A stretch of DNA of 32,433 nt, taken from positions 1 through 32,433 of the forward strand of contig JAYPGD010000006.1 in NCBI GenBank assembly GCA_038126655.1, written 5' to 3'. Positions 1 to 7,780 of the stretch are shown piece by piece. Every line of letters begins with the position of its first letter. Positions within the stretch are counted from its first letter, which is position 1. The notes beneath the pieces were generated by a model. The model saw only the letters and a program-made list of their open reading frames with translations, did not search any database and was not told the DNA's origin. The stretch comes from Verrucomicrobiales bacterium. GTDB taxonomy: Bacteria; Verrucomicrobiota; Verrucomicrobiia; Limisphaerales; JAYPEY01. Made by a program: the position numbers and the translations under genes.

Positions 1-25
1 CGATTGGAACAATTGGCGTTGGCAG

Positions 26-1123
26 ATGCAGAACCGGATCCATCGTCCGGAGCATTTGCTGGAGGCGATGCCGAATCTCACCGACCCAGAGCGCGCGGGT
101 GTTCGCCTGGCGAGCAAGAAGCTCGCGATGGGCATCACGCCGCACTATTTCAGTCTGATTGACCCGGAGGACGAGAACTGCCCGGTGCGGCGGCAGGTGA
201 TCCCGCGAATCGAGGAAACCGAGACTGCCACCTGGGAGATGGCGGACCCCTGCGGTGAGGATGCCCATTCTCCGGTTCCAGGGCTGGTGCATCGTTATCC
301 GGATCGCGTGTTGTTCCTCGTGACCGACCGTTGCGCTTCCTACTGTCGTTACTGCACGCGTTCACGACTGGTCAGCAATGCGGCGGGTTACGACTTCCAT
401 CCGGAGTTCGACCGGCAGATCCAATACATCAAGGACAACCCGCAGATCCGCGATGTGTTGCTGAGCGGAGGCGATCCATTGCTGCTGAGCGATGGGAAGC
501 TGGAGCGCGTGTTGGGCGAGTTGCGCGCCATCCCGCATGTCGAGTTCCTGCGCATCGGGTCGCGTATTCCGATCTTCATGCCGCAGCGGATCACGTCGGA
601 GTTGTGCGATCTGCTGAAGCGCTTTCATCCGCTGTTTGTCAGTGTGCATGCGAATCATCCGCGGGAATTGACCGCCGAGGTTCGCGATGGGTTGGCGAGG
701 TTGGCCGATGCCGGCATTCCCTTGGGCAACCAGTCCGTGCTGCTGCGTCACGTGAATGACGACGCCACGGTGATGAAGGCCCTGATCCAGAAGCTCCTGA
801 TGTGTCGGGTGAAGCCGTATTACCTGTATCAATGCGATCTGATCGCGGGGTCGGCGCATCTGCGCGCCAGCGTCCGGGAGGGGATCAAACTGATGGAGCA
901 ACTGCGCGGGCACACGACGGGTTATGCAATTCCGCAGTATGTGATCGACGCCCCGGGCGGCGGCGGCAAGATTCCCATCAATCCGGAATACATTCTTCAG
1001 CGCAACGACGACCGTGTCGTGGTGCGCAACTTCGAAGGGAAGGTCTTTGAGTATCCGGAAGCGGCCGACGGGACGCCACTGACGGCCGCGCCCAAGGAGA
1101 TCGAGGAGCCGGAGTTGGTCTGA
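26..1123 (+). CDS. KamA-family radical SAM protein (lysine 2,3-aminomutase-like)
   Basis: ATG at 26. Radical-SAM CxxxCxxC motif CASYCRYC, then LLSGGDPLLL and KamA-type motifs KPYYLYQCDLIAGSAHLR and IPQYVIDAPGGGGK. 365 aa. KamA versus EpmB subtype cannot be resolved by eye. Confidence 0.88.
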   Translation: MQNRIHRPEHLLEAMPNLTDPERAGVRLASKKLAMGITPHYFSLIDPEDENCPVRRQVIPRIEETETATWEMADPCGEDAHSPVPGLVHRYPDRVLFLVTDRCASYCRYCTRSRLVSNAAGYDFHPEFDRQIQYIKDNPQIRDVLLSGGDPLLLSDGKLERVLGELRAIPHVEFLRIGSRIPIFMPQRITSELCDLLKRFHPLFVSVHANHPRELTAEVRDGLARLADAGIPLGNQSVLLRHVNDDATVMKALIQKLLMCRVKPYYLYQCDLIAGSAHLRASVREGIKLMEQLRGHTTGYAIPQYVIDAPGGGGKIPINPEYILQRNDDRVVVRNFEGKVFEYPEAADGTPLTAAPKEIEEPELV

Positions 1124-1130
1124 TCCGGTC

Positions 1131-1781
1131 ATGCCCCGCGAATCCCTGAAGAACAAGATCGCCCGGACGGCGTCCATCATCGACGGGCTCAAGCGCGCCT
1201 ACCCGGACGCGCATTGCGAATTGAATTTCACCACGCCGCTGGAGTTGCTGGTCGCCACGATCCTGTCCGCCCAATGCACGGATGTGCAGGTGAACATCGT
1301 CACGGAGACGCTTTTCAAGAAATACCGGTCCGCCAAGGCGTTTGCTGGGGTGGATCTTTCGGAACTGGAGAATGACATCCGCCGCATTGGTCTGTTCCGG
1401 AACAAGGCGAAGAACATCCGGGCCTGTTGCCTGAAGTTGATGGAGTTTCACGGAGGGGAAGTCCCCCAATCGATGGAGGAACTCGTGGCCTTGGACGGAG
1501 TTGGGCGCAAGACGGCGAATGTCGTCCTGGGCAATGCGTTCAACATCAATCACGGCGTGGTCGTGGACACGCATGTCGCGCGGTTGAGCGGCCTGCTGAA
1601 ACTGACCGGCGCGAAGACGCCGGAGAAGATCGAGAAGGATCTGATGAAGCTCGTGCCGCGGGAGGAGTGGACCTTGTTCAGTCACTGGCTGATCTGGCAC
1701 GGCCGGCGGCGTTGCCCGGCGCGACGTCCGGATTGTGGCGCTTGCGAAATCAGCGGGTTGTGTCCTTCGGCGACCCTGTAG
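1131..1781 (+). CDS. nth: Endonuclease III (DNA glycosylase/AP lyase)
   Basis: ATG at 1131, 7 nt after the upstream stop. LVATILSAQCTD motif, helix-hairpin-helix LDGVGRKTANVVL, and a C-terminal 4Fe-4S ligand pattern C-x6-C-x2-C-x5-C (CPARRPDCGACEISGLC). Confidence 0.93.
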   Translation: MPRESLKNKIARTASIIDGLKRAYPDAHCELNFTTPLELLVATILSAQCTDVQVNIVTETLFKKYRSAKAFAGVDLSELENDIRRIGLFRNKAKNIRACCLKLMEFHGGEVPQSMEELVALDGVGRKTANVVLGNAFNINHGVVVDTHVARLSGLLKLTGAKTPEKIEKDLMKLVPREEWTLFSHWLIWHGRRRCPARRPDCGACEISGLCPSATL

Positions 1782-1796
1782 TTCGTTTGCCGTCCG

Positions 1797-2486
1797 ATGG
1801 CCGAGCATTGGCAGTTCGTTGATACGGGTGCAGGACGTCCCGCGTGGAACATGGCCTTCGATGAGGCCCTGCTCTTCAGCGTCAGCGATGTCGCCTGTCC
1901 GACACTGCGGTTCTACTCATGGACCATTCCCGCGGCGACGTTCGGCTACTTCCAGAAATATGAAGAAGTCGCCGCGATGACGCCGCTGCGGCCGTTGATC
2001 CGGAGGCCGACGGGCGGCGGCGTGGTTCCGCACGAGAACGATTGGACCTATTCGTTGGCGATTCCAGTCGGACACGAATGGCATCGGATGCAAGCGGCGG
2101 AGAGTTATCGCCGCCTGCATGAATGGGTGGCTGAAGCGCTTCGCATTGCGGGCGAGGACGCCAGTCTGGCGGAATGCTGTGAATCGACGGGGCCGGGGCA
2201 GTGCTTTATTGGCGCCGAGATGCACGATGTGCTGGTGAGCGGCCGAAAGGCGGCCGGCGCAGCGCAACGCAGAAACAAGCTCGGACTCCTGATTCAAGGG
2301 TCCGTTCAGGCTGACGGAATGACGGCGTCACGTTCTCAATGGGTGTCGGCGATGCAGGCGGCGGCAATCCAGAGGTTCGGCGTTTTGTCTTTCGAGGACC
2401 TGCCGCAGCCTGAAGCCATTGGAGCGCGCGCGAGAGAGTTGGAGGAAGGGAAGTACATCCGAGACGAACATACCCGCCGCCGGTGA
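1797..2486 (+). CDS. Lipoate-protein ligase / octanoyltransferase family protein (BPL_LplA_LipB domain)
   Basis: ATG at 1797. 229 aa with an LplA-like layout, N-terminal NMAFDEALL and the catalytic-lysine region GRKAAGAAQRR...LIQGSV. The subfamily (LplA, LipM or other) is not resolvable. Confidence 0.72.
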   Translation: MAEHWQFVDTGAGRPAWNMAFDEALLFSVSDVACPTLRFYSWTIPAATFGYFQKYEEVAAMTPLRPLIRRPTGGGVVPHENDWTYSLAIPVGHEWHRMQAAESYRRLHEWVAEALRIAGEDASLAECCESTGPGQCFIGAEMHDVLVSGRKAAGAAQRRNKLGLLIQGSVQADGMTASRSQWVSAMQAAAIQRFGVLSFEDLPQPEAIGARARELEEGKYIRDEHTRRR

Positions 2487-2529
2487 CCGGTCAGGCGCGC
2501 CACGCAGGGCACTCGGCCGGGCCGTCCGC

Positions 2530-3204
2530 TCAGGCCCGCCCGGGCCCGGGAGCGTCTGTGCCTGTCACGATCGCGATGCCGCTGGAGCAGCCAAGCCGTG
2601 TCGCTCCGGCGTCGATCATGGCCAGGGCGGTCTTGGCGTCGCGAATGCCGCCCGATGCCTTGACCCCGGCGGCCTGTCCCACCGCCTGGCGCATGGCGGC
2701 CACATCCTCGACGGTGGCACCTCCGCCGCCGAATCCGGTGGAGGTTTTCACGAAGTGGGCCTCGGCCTTGAGGGCCAGGGAACAGGCGCGGGTGATCTCG
2801 TCGCGGGTAAGGAGGCAGGTTTCGAGAATGACCTTCACGACCCGGTCCTCCGCAGCTTCGACGATGTCGCGGATTTCGCGCACGACATAATCGTCGTCGC
2901 CATCCTTGAAGCGCCCGACATTCAGGACCATGTCGATCTCATTGGCGCCGAGATCGACGGCAGTTTCCGTTTCGTAGCGTTTGGCGTCGGCGTCCATGGC
3001 TCCGAGGGGGAATCCCACGACGCTGCAGACCTGGACGTCGCTGTCTTCGAGGAGGTGATAGGCGAGGGCGACGCGGGAGCTGTTGACGCAGACGCTGAAG
3101 AACTTGTGCTCAACCGCCTCGGCGCAGAGCTTCTCGATGTCGGCGCGCGCGGCGTCGGGTTTGAGGTTGGTGTGATCGATGTAGCGTGCAAGGTCTTGCG
3201 ACAT
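2530..3204 (-). CDS. deoC: Deoxyribose-phosphate aldolase
   Basis: The track ORF is 2530..3390, but the conserved DeoC sequence begins at the internal ATG at 3204 (MSQDLARYIDHTNLKP). Motifs VGFPLG, EIDMVLN and the Schiff-base lysine region FVKTSTGFG and VKASGGIR are present. The 62-aa upstream extension is Arg/Pro-rich with no homology. Confidence 0.9.
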   Translation of the reverse strand: MSQDLARYIDHTNLKPDAARADIEKLCAEAVEHKFFSVCVNSSRVALAYHLLEDSDVQVCSVVGFPLGAMDADAKRYETETAVDLGANEIDMVLNVGRFKDGDDDYVVREIRDIVEAAEDRVVKVILETCLLTRDEITRACSLALKAEAHFVKTSTGFGGGGATVEDVAAMRQAVGQAAGVKASGGIRDAKTALAMIDAGATRLGCSSGIAIVTGTDAPGPGRA

Positions 3205-3316
3205 GCGGCGAGAGTGCATGGCCGCCGGCGGGGCGGCAATTCGGAAACAGACGGGAGTCCTGCGAAAGGGCAGGAATCCGCTTGCTTCAAATTGCCTGGG
3301 TCGAAACCCTGTGATC

Positions 3317-4246
3317 ATGACGACGGAAGCATTCCGCGAACGGCTGTTGGGTTGTCTGGGCGGCCCCTGGCCGGAGCCCTGCGATCTCAACGTCCGGCAT
3401 CGGGAGACGATTCAAAAGGAGGGCTATCGGATCGAATCGCTCTACTATCACGCGGAATCCAACGACGCGATTCCGGCGATGTTGCTGATCCCGGACGGCG
3501 TGACGGCGGAGGATCCGGCGCCGGCGATTGCGGTCTGGCACCAGCACGCGGGGCAGTGGCATCTGGGGAAGACGGAGCCGGCCGGGCTTGCGGGCAATCC
3601 GATGCATCACACCGGCGCCGCGCTGGCAAAGGAAGGCTATGTGGTGCTTTGTCCGGATGCGTTGTGTTTTGAGGAACGCGCGGACAAGCGGCTGAATGGG
3701 CGCAACTTCGAGCGATTCGAGTTTCTACGCTACGTCGTCGAGGGCAAGTGCATGGCGTGGAAGAACATCCTGGACATGCGGCGCGCGGTGGACTTCCTCC
3801 TCAGTCGTCCGGAAGTGGACGCGAAGAACATCGGTTGCTACGGGCATTCCATGGGGTCGACGCACCTGTGGCTGGTCGGGCCGTGGGAGGAGCGCTTGAA
3901 GTGCCTGGTCGGAAACTGTTGCCTGCCGACATATCGCGGGATTCACCGGGAGAAACTGCTGCACTGCTTTCCGAACTTCGTGCCGGGGTTGTATGAGTTT
4001 GGCGATACGCCCGACATGGCGGCGTTGATCGCGCCGCGCGCGTTGCATCTGAATTTTGGCGATCAGGATCGAGGGACGCCGATCGATGATGTGCAATGGA
4101 GCGTGGAGCGGATCGCGGCGGGGTATGACAGGGCGGGCGCGGCGGAGAAGTTTACCTGGTTCGTTGAGAAGGACACCGGTCATGTGCTGTCGGTGGAGAT
4201 GTGGAAGCGAGTGAAAGACATGTTCGCGCGACATCTGCGGGGCTGA
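3317..4246 (+). CDS. Alpha/beta hydrolase (dienelactone-hydrolase / esterase-like)
   Basis: Internal ATG at 3317 (MTTEAFRERL) chosen, because the ORF start at 3203 would overlap the deoC start. Nucleophile elbow GHSMGS. The late His (DTGHV) is consistent with a Ser-Asp-His triad. Confidence 0.7.
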   Translation: MTTEAFRERLLGCLGGPWPEPCDLNVRHRETIQKEGYRIESLYYHAESNDAIPAMLLIPDGVTAEDPAPAIAVWHQHAGQWHLGKTEPAGLAGNPMHHTGAALAKEGYVVLCPDALCFEERADKRLNGRNFERFEFLRYVVEGKCMAWKNILDMRRAVDFLLSRPEVDAKNIGCYGHSMGSTHLWLVGPWEERLKCLVGNCCLPTYRGIHREKLLHCFPNFVPGLYEFGDTPDMAALIAPRALHLNFGDQDRGTPIDDVQWSVERIAAGYDRAGAAEKFTWFVEKDTGHVLSVEMWKRVKDMFARHLRG

Positions 4247-4299
4247 CGGAGACTCCGTTTGCCTTGCTCGTTGAAGCGCCGGATTGCTAGTTTGCCGGG

Positions 4300-5754
4300 A
4301 TGAAACGTCCTGAAGGTTCCCGCCCGATCGTCACGCTTCTCCTTGCGCTTCTGTTCGTCTGTCATGGTTTCGCCGCTTCGAAGAAGCCCAACATCCTGCT
4401 GATTGTCTCGGATGATCAGGGGTATCGGGACGCCGGCGCCTTTGGCTCGCCGGACATCATCACGCCGAATCTTGATCGGTTGGCGGCGGCGGGCGTTCGC
4501 CTGACGAGTTTCTATGTCACGTGGCCGGCCTGCACGCCCTCGCGCGGCAGTCTTTTGACGGGGCGTTATCCGCAGCGCAATGGGACCTACGACATGTATC
4601 GCAACGAGGCCCCGGATTACGACTACCTCTACAAGCCGGGCGAGTATCGCTACACGTTTGAACGGGTCGGCGGCATGGACACCCGGGAAATCCTGCTGCC
4701 GAAGGTCCTGAAGCAGGCCGGTTACTACAGCGGCATCTACGGGAAGTGGGACCTGGGAATCCACAAACGCTTCCTTCCGCTGGCGCGCGGCTTCGATGAT
4801 TTCTATGGTTTTGTGAACACGGGCATCGACTACTACACGCACGAGCGCTACGGCGTGCATTCGATGTTCCGCAACAACGCGCGGACCGAGGAGGACCGCG
4901 GAACCTACTGCACCTACCTGTTTGAGCGGGAGGCGTTGCGTTTTCTGGATCAGCGTCATGAGAAGCCGTTCTTCCTTTACGTGCCCTTCAATGCGCCGCA
5001 CAGCGCCTCCAATCTGGATCGCGAGATCCGCAATGGCGGCGCGCAGGCGCCGGACAAGTACAAGGCGATGTATCCCGCGCCGAAGCGTCCGACGCACACC
5101 AGGCGCATGATCAAGGGGAGGGAATGGCTGGTTCCGAACAGCGACCTGCGGAAGGTGCGTTACCAGGCTTCGGTCACGGCGATGGACGATTCCATCGGGA
5201 AGATTTTGGATCGATTGGAAAAGCACGGCCATGCGGAGGACACGATCGTGATCTTTTTCTCGGATAACGGGGGCAGCGGGGCGGCGGACAACTGGCCGTT
5301 GAGAGGGCGCAAGGGGCAGATGTTCGAGGGCGGCATTCGCGTGCCCTGTATCGTGCGTTGGCCCGGGCGGATTCCCGCCGGCACGGTCACGGACGAGTTC
5401 CTGACATCGATGGAAATCTTTCCGACGCTCTGCAAGGCTGTTGGAGCCGAGCTTCCCAAAGGCGTTGTTTACGACGGTTTCGACATGCTGCCGGTGTTGC
5501 GCGGCGAGTCAAAATCTCCGCGTCAGGAGATGTTCTGGCAGCGGCGACTGGACAGAGGCGCGCGCGTCGGCATGTGGAAGTGGGTGGAGAGCAGTCGCGG
5601 GGGCGGTTTGTTTGATCTGGCGACAGATATCGGGGAGAAGAATGACCTGTCGAAGAAGCGACCGGAGGTCCTGAAGAGGATCAAGGGTCGTTTTGCCAAC
5701 TGGGAGAAGGCGATGGAAGCGGCGGAGCCGCGCGGACCGTTCCGGGACTATTGA
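4300..5754 (+). CDS. Secreted sulfatase (formylglycine-dependent arylsulfatase family)
   Basis: Signal peptide (LLLALLFVCHGFAAS). Metal-binding SDDQG, the formylglycine C-x-P-x-R motif CTPSRGSLLTGR, and downstream GKWDLG and FSDNGG motifs. Confidence 0.92.
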   Translation: MKRPEGSRPIVTLLLALLFVCHGFAASKKPNILLIVSDDQGYRDAGAFGSPDIITPNLDRLAAAGVRLTSFYVTWPACTPSRGSLLTGRYPQRNGTYDMYRNEAPDYDYLYKPGEYRYTFERVGGMDTREILLPKVLKQAGYYSGIYGKWDLGIHKRFLPLARGFDDFYGFVNTGIDYYTHERYGVHSMFRNNARTEEDRGTYCTYLFEREALRFLDQRHEKPFFLYVPFNAPHSASNLDREIRNGGAQAPDKYKAMYPAPKRPTHTRRMIKGREWLVPNSDLRKVRYQASVTAMDDSIGKILDRLEKHGHAEDTIVIFFSDNGGSGAADNWPLRGRKGQMFEGGIRVPCIVRWPGRIPAGTVTDEFLTSMEIFPTLCKAVGAELPKGVVYDGFDMLPVLRGESKSPRQEMFWQRRLDRGARVGMWKWVESSRGGGLFDLATDIGEKNDLSKKRPEVLKRIKGRFANWEKAMEAAEPRGPFRDY

Positions 5755-5764
5755 GCGCTTCGGA

Positions 5765-6577
5765 TCAGCCGCCGTCCTTTTCCCCGGACACCCCGCCTCC
5801 CGCCTTGGGCTTGGCGTCGGCGGCATTTTCCTCCAGCACGAGGGCGCGGAATTCCCAGCCCTTGTTCGGAGCCAGGTTGCCGTTGTAGTCGGCGGTCTCG
5901 CCGAGCGGTTGGCCGCCCGAGTCAAAGAGGTCGAATTCCACCTTCACGTTGAAATACTGGACGGGGTCGTGATTGGTCACGACGCCGACAACGTAGACCA
6001 GTCCGCCTTCCTGCGCGCGTTGGATGTTGTGGCTCAGCAGTTCGAGGCCTTCGCCGCCGCCGCCTCCTCCGCCTTCGCCGCCGCCGCCTTTCTTGAGGAC
6101 GACGACAGTGATCAGAATGGCGATGCCGATGAGCACGACGACGCCCACGCCGATGAGGGTGAACATCAGCGCGTTGGATTTGCCTCGCGGGCTGGGGATG
6201 CGGGCCTTGTAGAGTTGTTGGCCTGGCGCGCGACCGGGAACGGGAGGTGAAGGCCGCTGCGCCGCTGGTTGGGGATGCGCCGCCGGGGCTGGCGAGGGGG
6301 CTGGAGCCGGAGCTCCTGCGGCCGCCAAGACGGTCTGGGCGCCGCAGTGGGGGCACGCAATGGTTGATCCGGCGGCCGCCGCGGGAAAGGAGATGCGTCC
6401 GTTACAGCTGGAGCAGGCTCCCTTGATGGTGTCGCTTGCCGCCGCGTTGGGATCGGTCAACGGAGTGGGCTTGCTGCAGTGCGGGCAGGCGATCGTGCTG
6501 CCCAACGCTCCTGTCGGAAACTTGATGTTCCCGTTGCAGTGCACGCAGGACCCTTTGATATAGTCAGCGTCGCTCAT
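5765..6577 (-). CDS. Membrane protein with three tandem zinc-ribbon units, one TM and an FxLYD-like C-terminal domain
   Basis: ATG at 6577. Three repeats of G[SA]C..CNG.I.FP..A.GSTIACPHC. Pro/Ala linker, TM FTLIGVGVVVLIGIAILITVVVL, poly-Gly tract, then a beta-rich domain containing VKVEFDLFDSGGQPLG, which resembles the FxLYD motif as I recall that family. Confidence 0.7.
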   Translation of the reverse strand: MSDADYIKGSCVHCNGNIKFPTGALGSTIACPHCSKPTPLTDPNAAASDTIKGACSSCNGRISFPAAAAGSTIACPHCGAQTVLAAAGAPAPAPSPAPAAHPQPAAQRPSPPVPGRAPGQQLYKARIPSPRGKSNALMFTLIGVGVVVLIGIAILITVVVLKKGGGGEGGGGGGGEGLELLSHNIQRAQEGGLVYVVGVVTNHDPVQYFNVKVEFDLFDSGGQPLGETADYNGNLAPNKGWEFRALVLEENAADAKPKAGGGVSGEKDGG

Positions 6578-6783
6578 GTAGAGTTGATTCCCGCGCGCAG
6601 TTCAAACAGCGGCCCGCCGGGGCTGGCGGCGATGCGGCCTCAAGGTTTCGCCTACGTTGCGGAAAGGACGTTTTGTCGCAAGAACCCGACAAGCCAGCAA
6701 ACATTTTTCTGATAAAAGGGGTACATTTCTTGATGCGGGGGCAAGCGAGGACTGTCTGCTTTTGGCTGGACCGGCGGGGACGG

Positions 6784-7767
6784 CTATTCCGCAAGTCGGG
6801 CCCGGTAGAAGCGAAGCGGCATGCCGGCGGAGGCCTTGTCCAGGTGATCGATGACTCCGTCGGCGGACGAGGCGGCCTTCAGGGGCGTCCATGAGACGAG
6901 GTCTTCGGATGCTTCGATGGAGTAGGTTCTGCCGGCGAGACCGACGAGACGCAGCAGGGCGCTCCCATCCATTTGGCGGGAAAGGATCTGGATGGCGGGT
7001 GTGGGATCGGGCGGCGGTTGCGCGGTGATCCGATAATCGTCGAACACCATGAAATTGTCTCCTGGCGCATTGGCGTCGATGTAGTACCAGACCGCGTCGA
7101 TGTCGCCCAGGTCAAGGGCCGCGTTCGTGGTGGTGATCGGTTGATCTTCGACCAGGACGGCGTTGCCCATGTTCGCCGACCAGCGATTCGCGCTGAAATC
7201 CATCACAATCTCGAGCGCGTAGACAGTTTCGTTCTCAAACACGTAGGGGGTGGGCTGAAATCCGGCGTCGTCGTCGAGCGCATAGCAGATTTCCGTGGTG
7301 GCGTTGTTGAAGCTGAGCGTGAACAGGCGGTGGCCGGCTGAGTTGTAGACGCTCCATCGGAAGTCGTCGCGATTCCCGTTGGTCGAGTCCGCGATCTCCA
7401 TGGCGACGGAAAAGACGACAACGGGCTTCCCTTCCGCAAGGGCGTCGTAATTGACGGGGCGCCAGAGGGAGAAGGACTGTTCGCCCTGGGTCAGGGGCGG
7501 ATGGAAACCGACATAGGCTTGGGAGCCGCCCCCAGGAAAGCGTTCGGAGAGGATCCCGTTGCCGCCCGATCCTTCGGAGATCCAGCCGTTTTGTCCGCTG
7601 ATCTCATTGGCCTCATTGTAGCCCTCGTCGGTTTCAAATGCGGTCGTATAGACCGTGGTCGGGTCGGCCCCGATGGCGGGGTTGGCGAAGAGGGACAGCG
7701 CCAATGCCAGTCCGCCCGCCAGTGCGGTCAGTGAGATGCCGCCGCGATGACCTGCCCTTCGCTTCAT
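6784..7767 (-). CDS. Secreted hypothetical protein (jelly-roll-like N-domain plus C-terminal beta-sandwich ending RFYRA)
   Basis: ATG at 7767 preferred, since GGAGG lies 6 nt upstream; an alternative ATG is at 7791. Signal peptide ...ALSLFANPAIGADP. The C-terminal ...RTYSIEASEDLVSWTPL...LRFYRARL pattern is common at the C-termini of PVC secreted proteins (from recollection). Confidence 0.68.
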   Translation of the reverse strand: MKRRAGHRGGISLTALAGGLALALSLFANPAIGADPTTVYTTAFETDEGYNEANEISGQNGWISEGSGGNGILSERFPGGGSQAYVGFHPPLTQGEQSFSLWRPVNYDALAEGKPVVVFSVAMEIADSTNGNRDDFRWSVYNSAGHRLFTLSFNNATTEICYALDDDAGFQPTPYVFENETVYALEIVMDFSANRWSANMGNAVLVEDQPITTTNAALDLGDIDAVWYYIDANAPGDNFMVFDDYRITAQPPPDPTPAIQILSRQMDGSALLRLVGLAGRTYSIEASEDLVSWTPLKAASSADGVIDHLDKASAGMPLRFYRARLAE

Positions 7768-7780
7768 GCGCAACCTCCGA

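Noticed and set aside
362-1808. Two 276-aa minus-strand ORFs over the KamA-family gene and nth. The same reasoning applies to 2419-3672(+), 4180-5232(-), 13262-14041(-), 14602-15171(-), 15865-16641(+), 16809-17735(-), 28448-29356(+) and 30085-31179(-).
   Set aside because: They are antisense shadows of genes with unambiguous catalytic motifs.
2530-3390. Longest-ORF N-terminal extensions of deoC (to 3390), the hydrolase (from 3203), the esterase (to 17061), carB (to 28574), the MBL hydrolase (from 29887) and the gamma-CA-like gene (TTG at 29380).
   Set aside because: The extensions are Arg/Pro/Ser-rich and overlap neighbouring genes or a terminator. They precede internal ATGs at which the conserved sequence or signal peptide begins.
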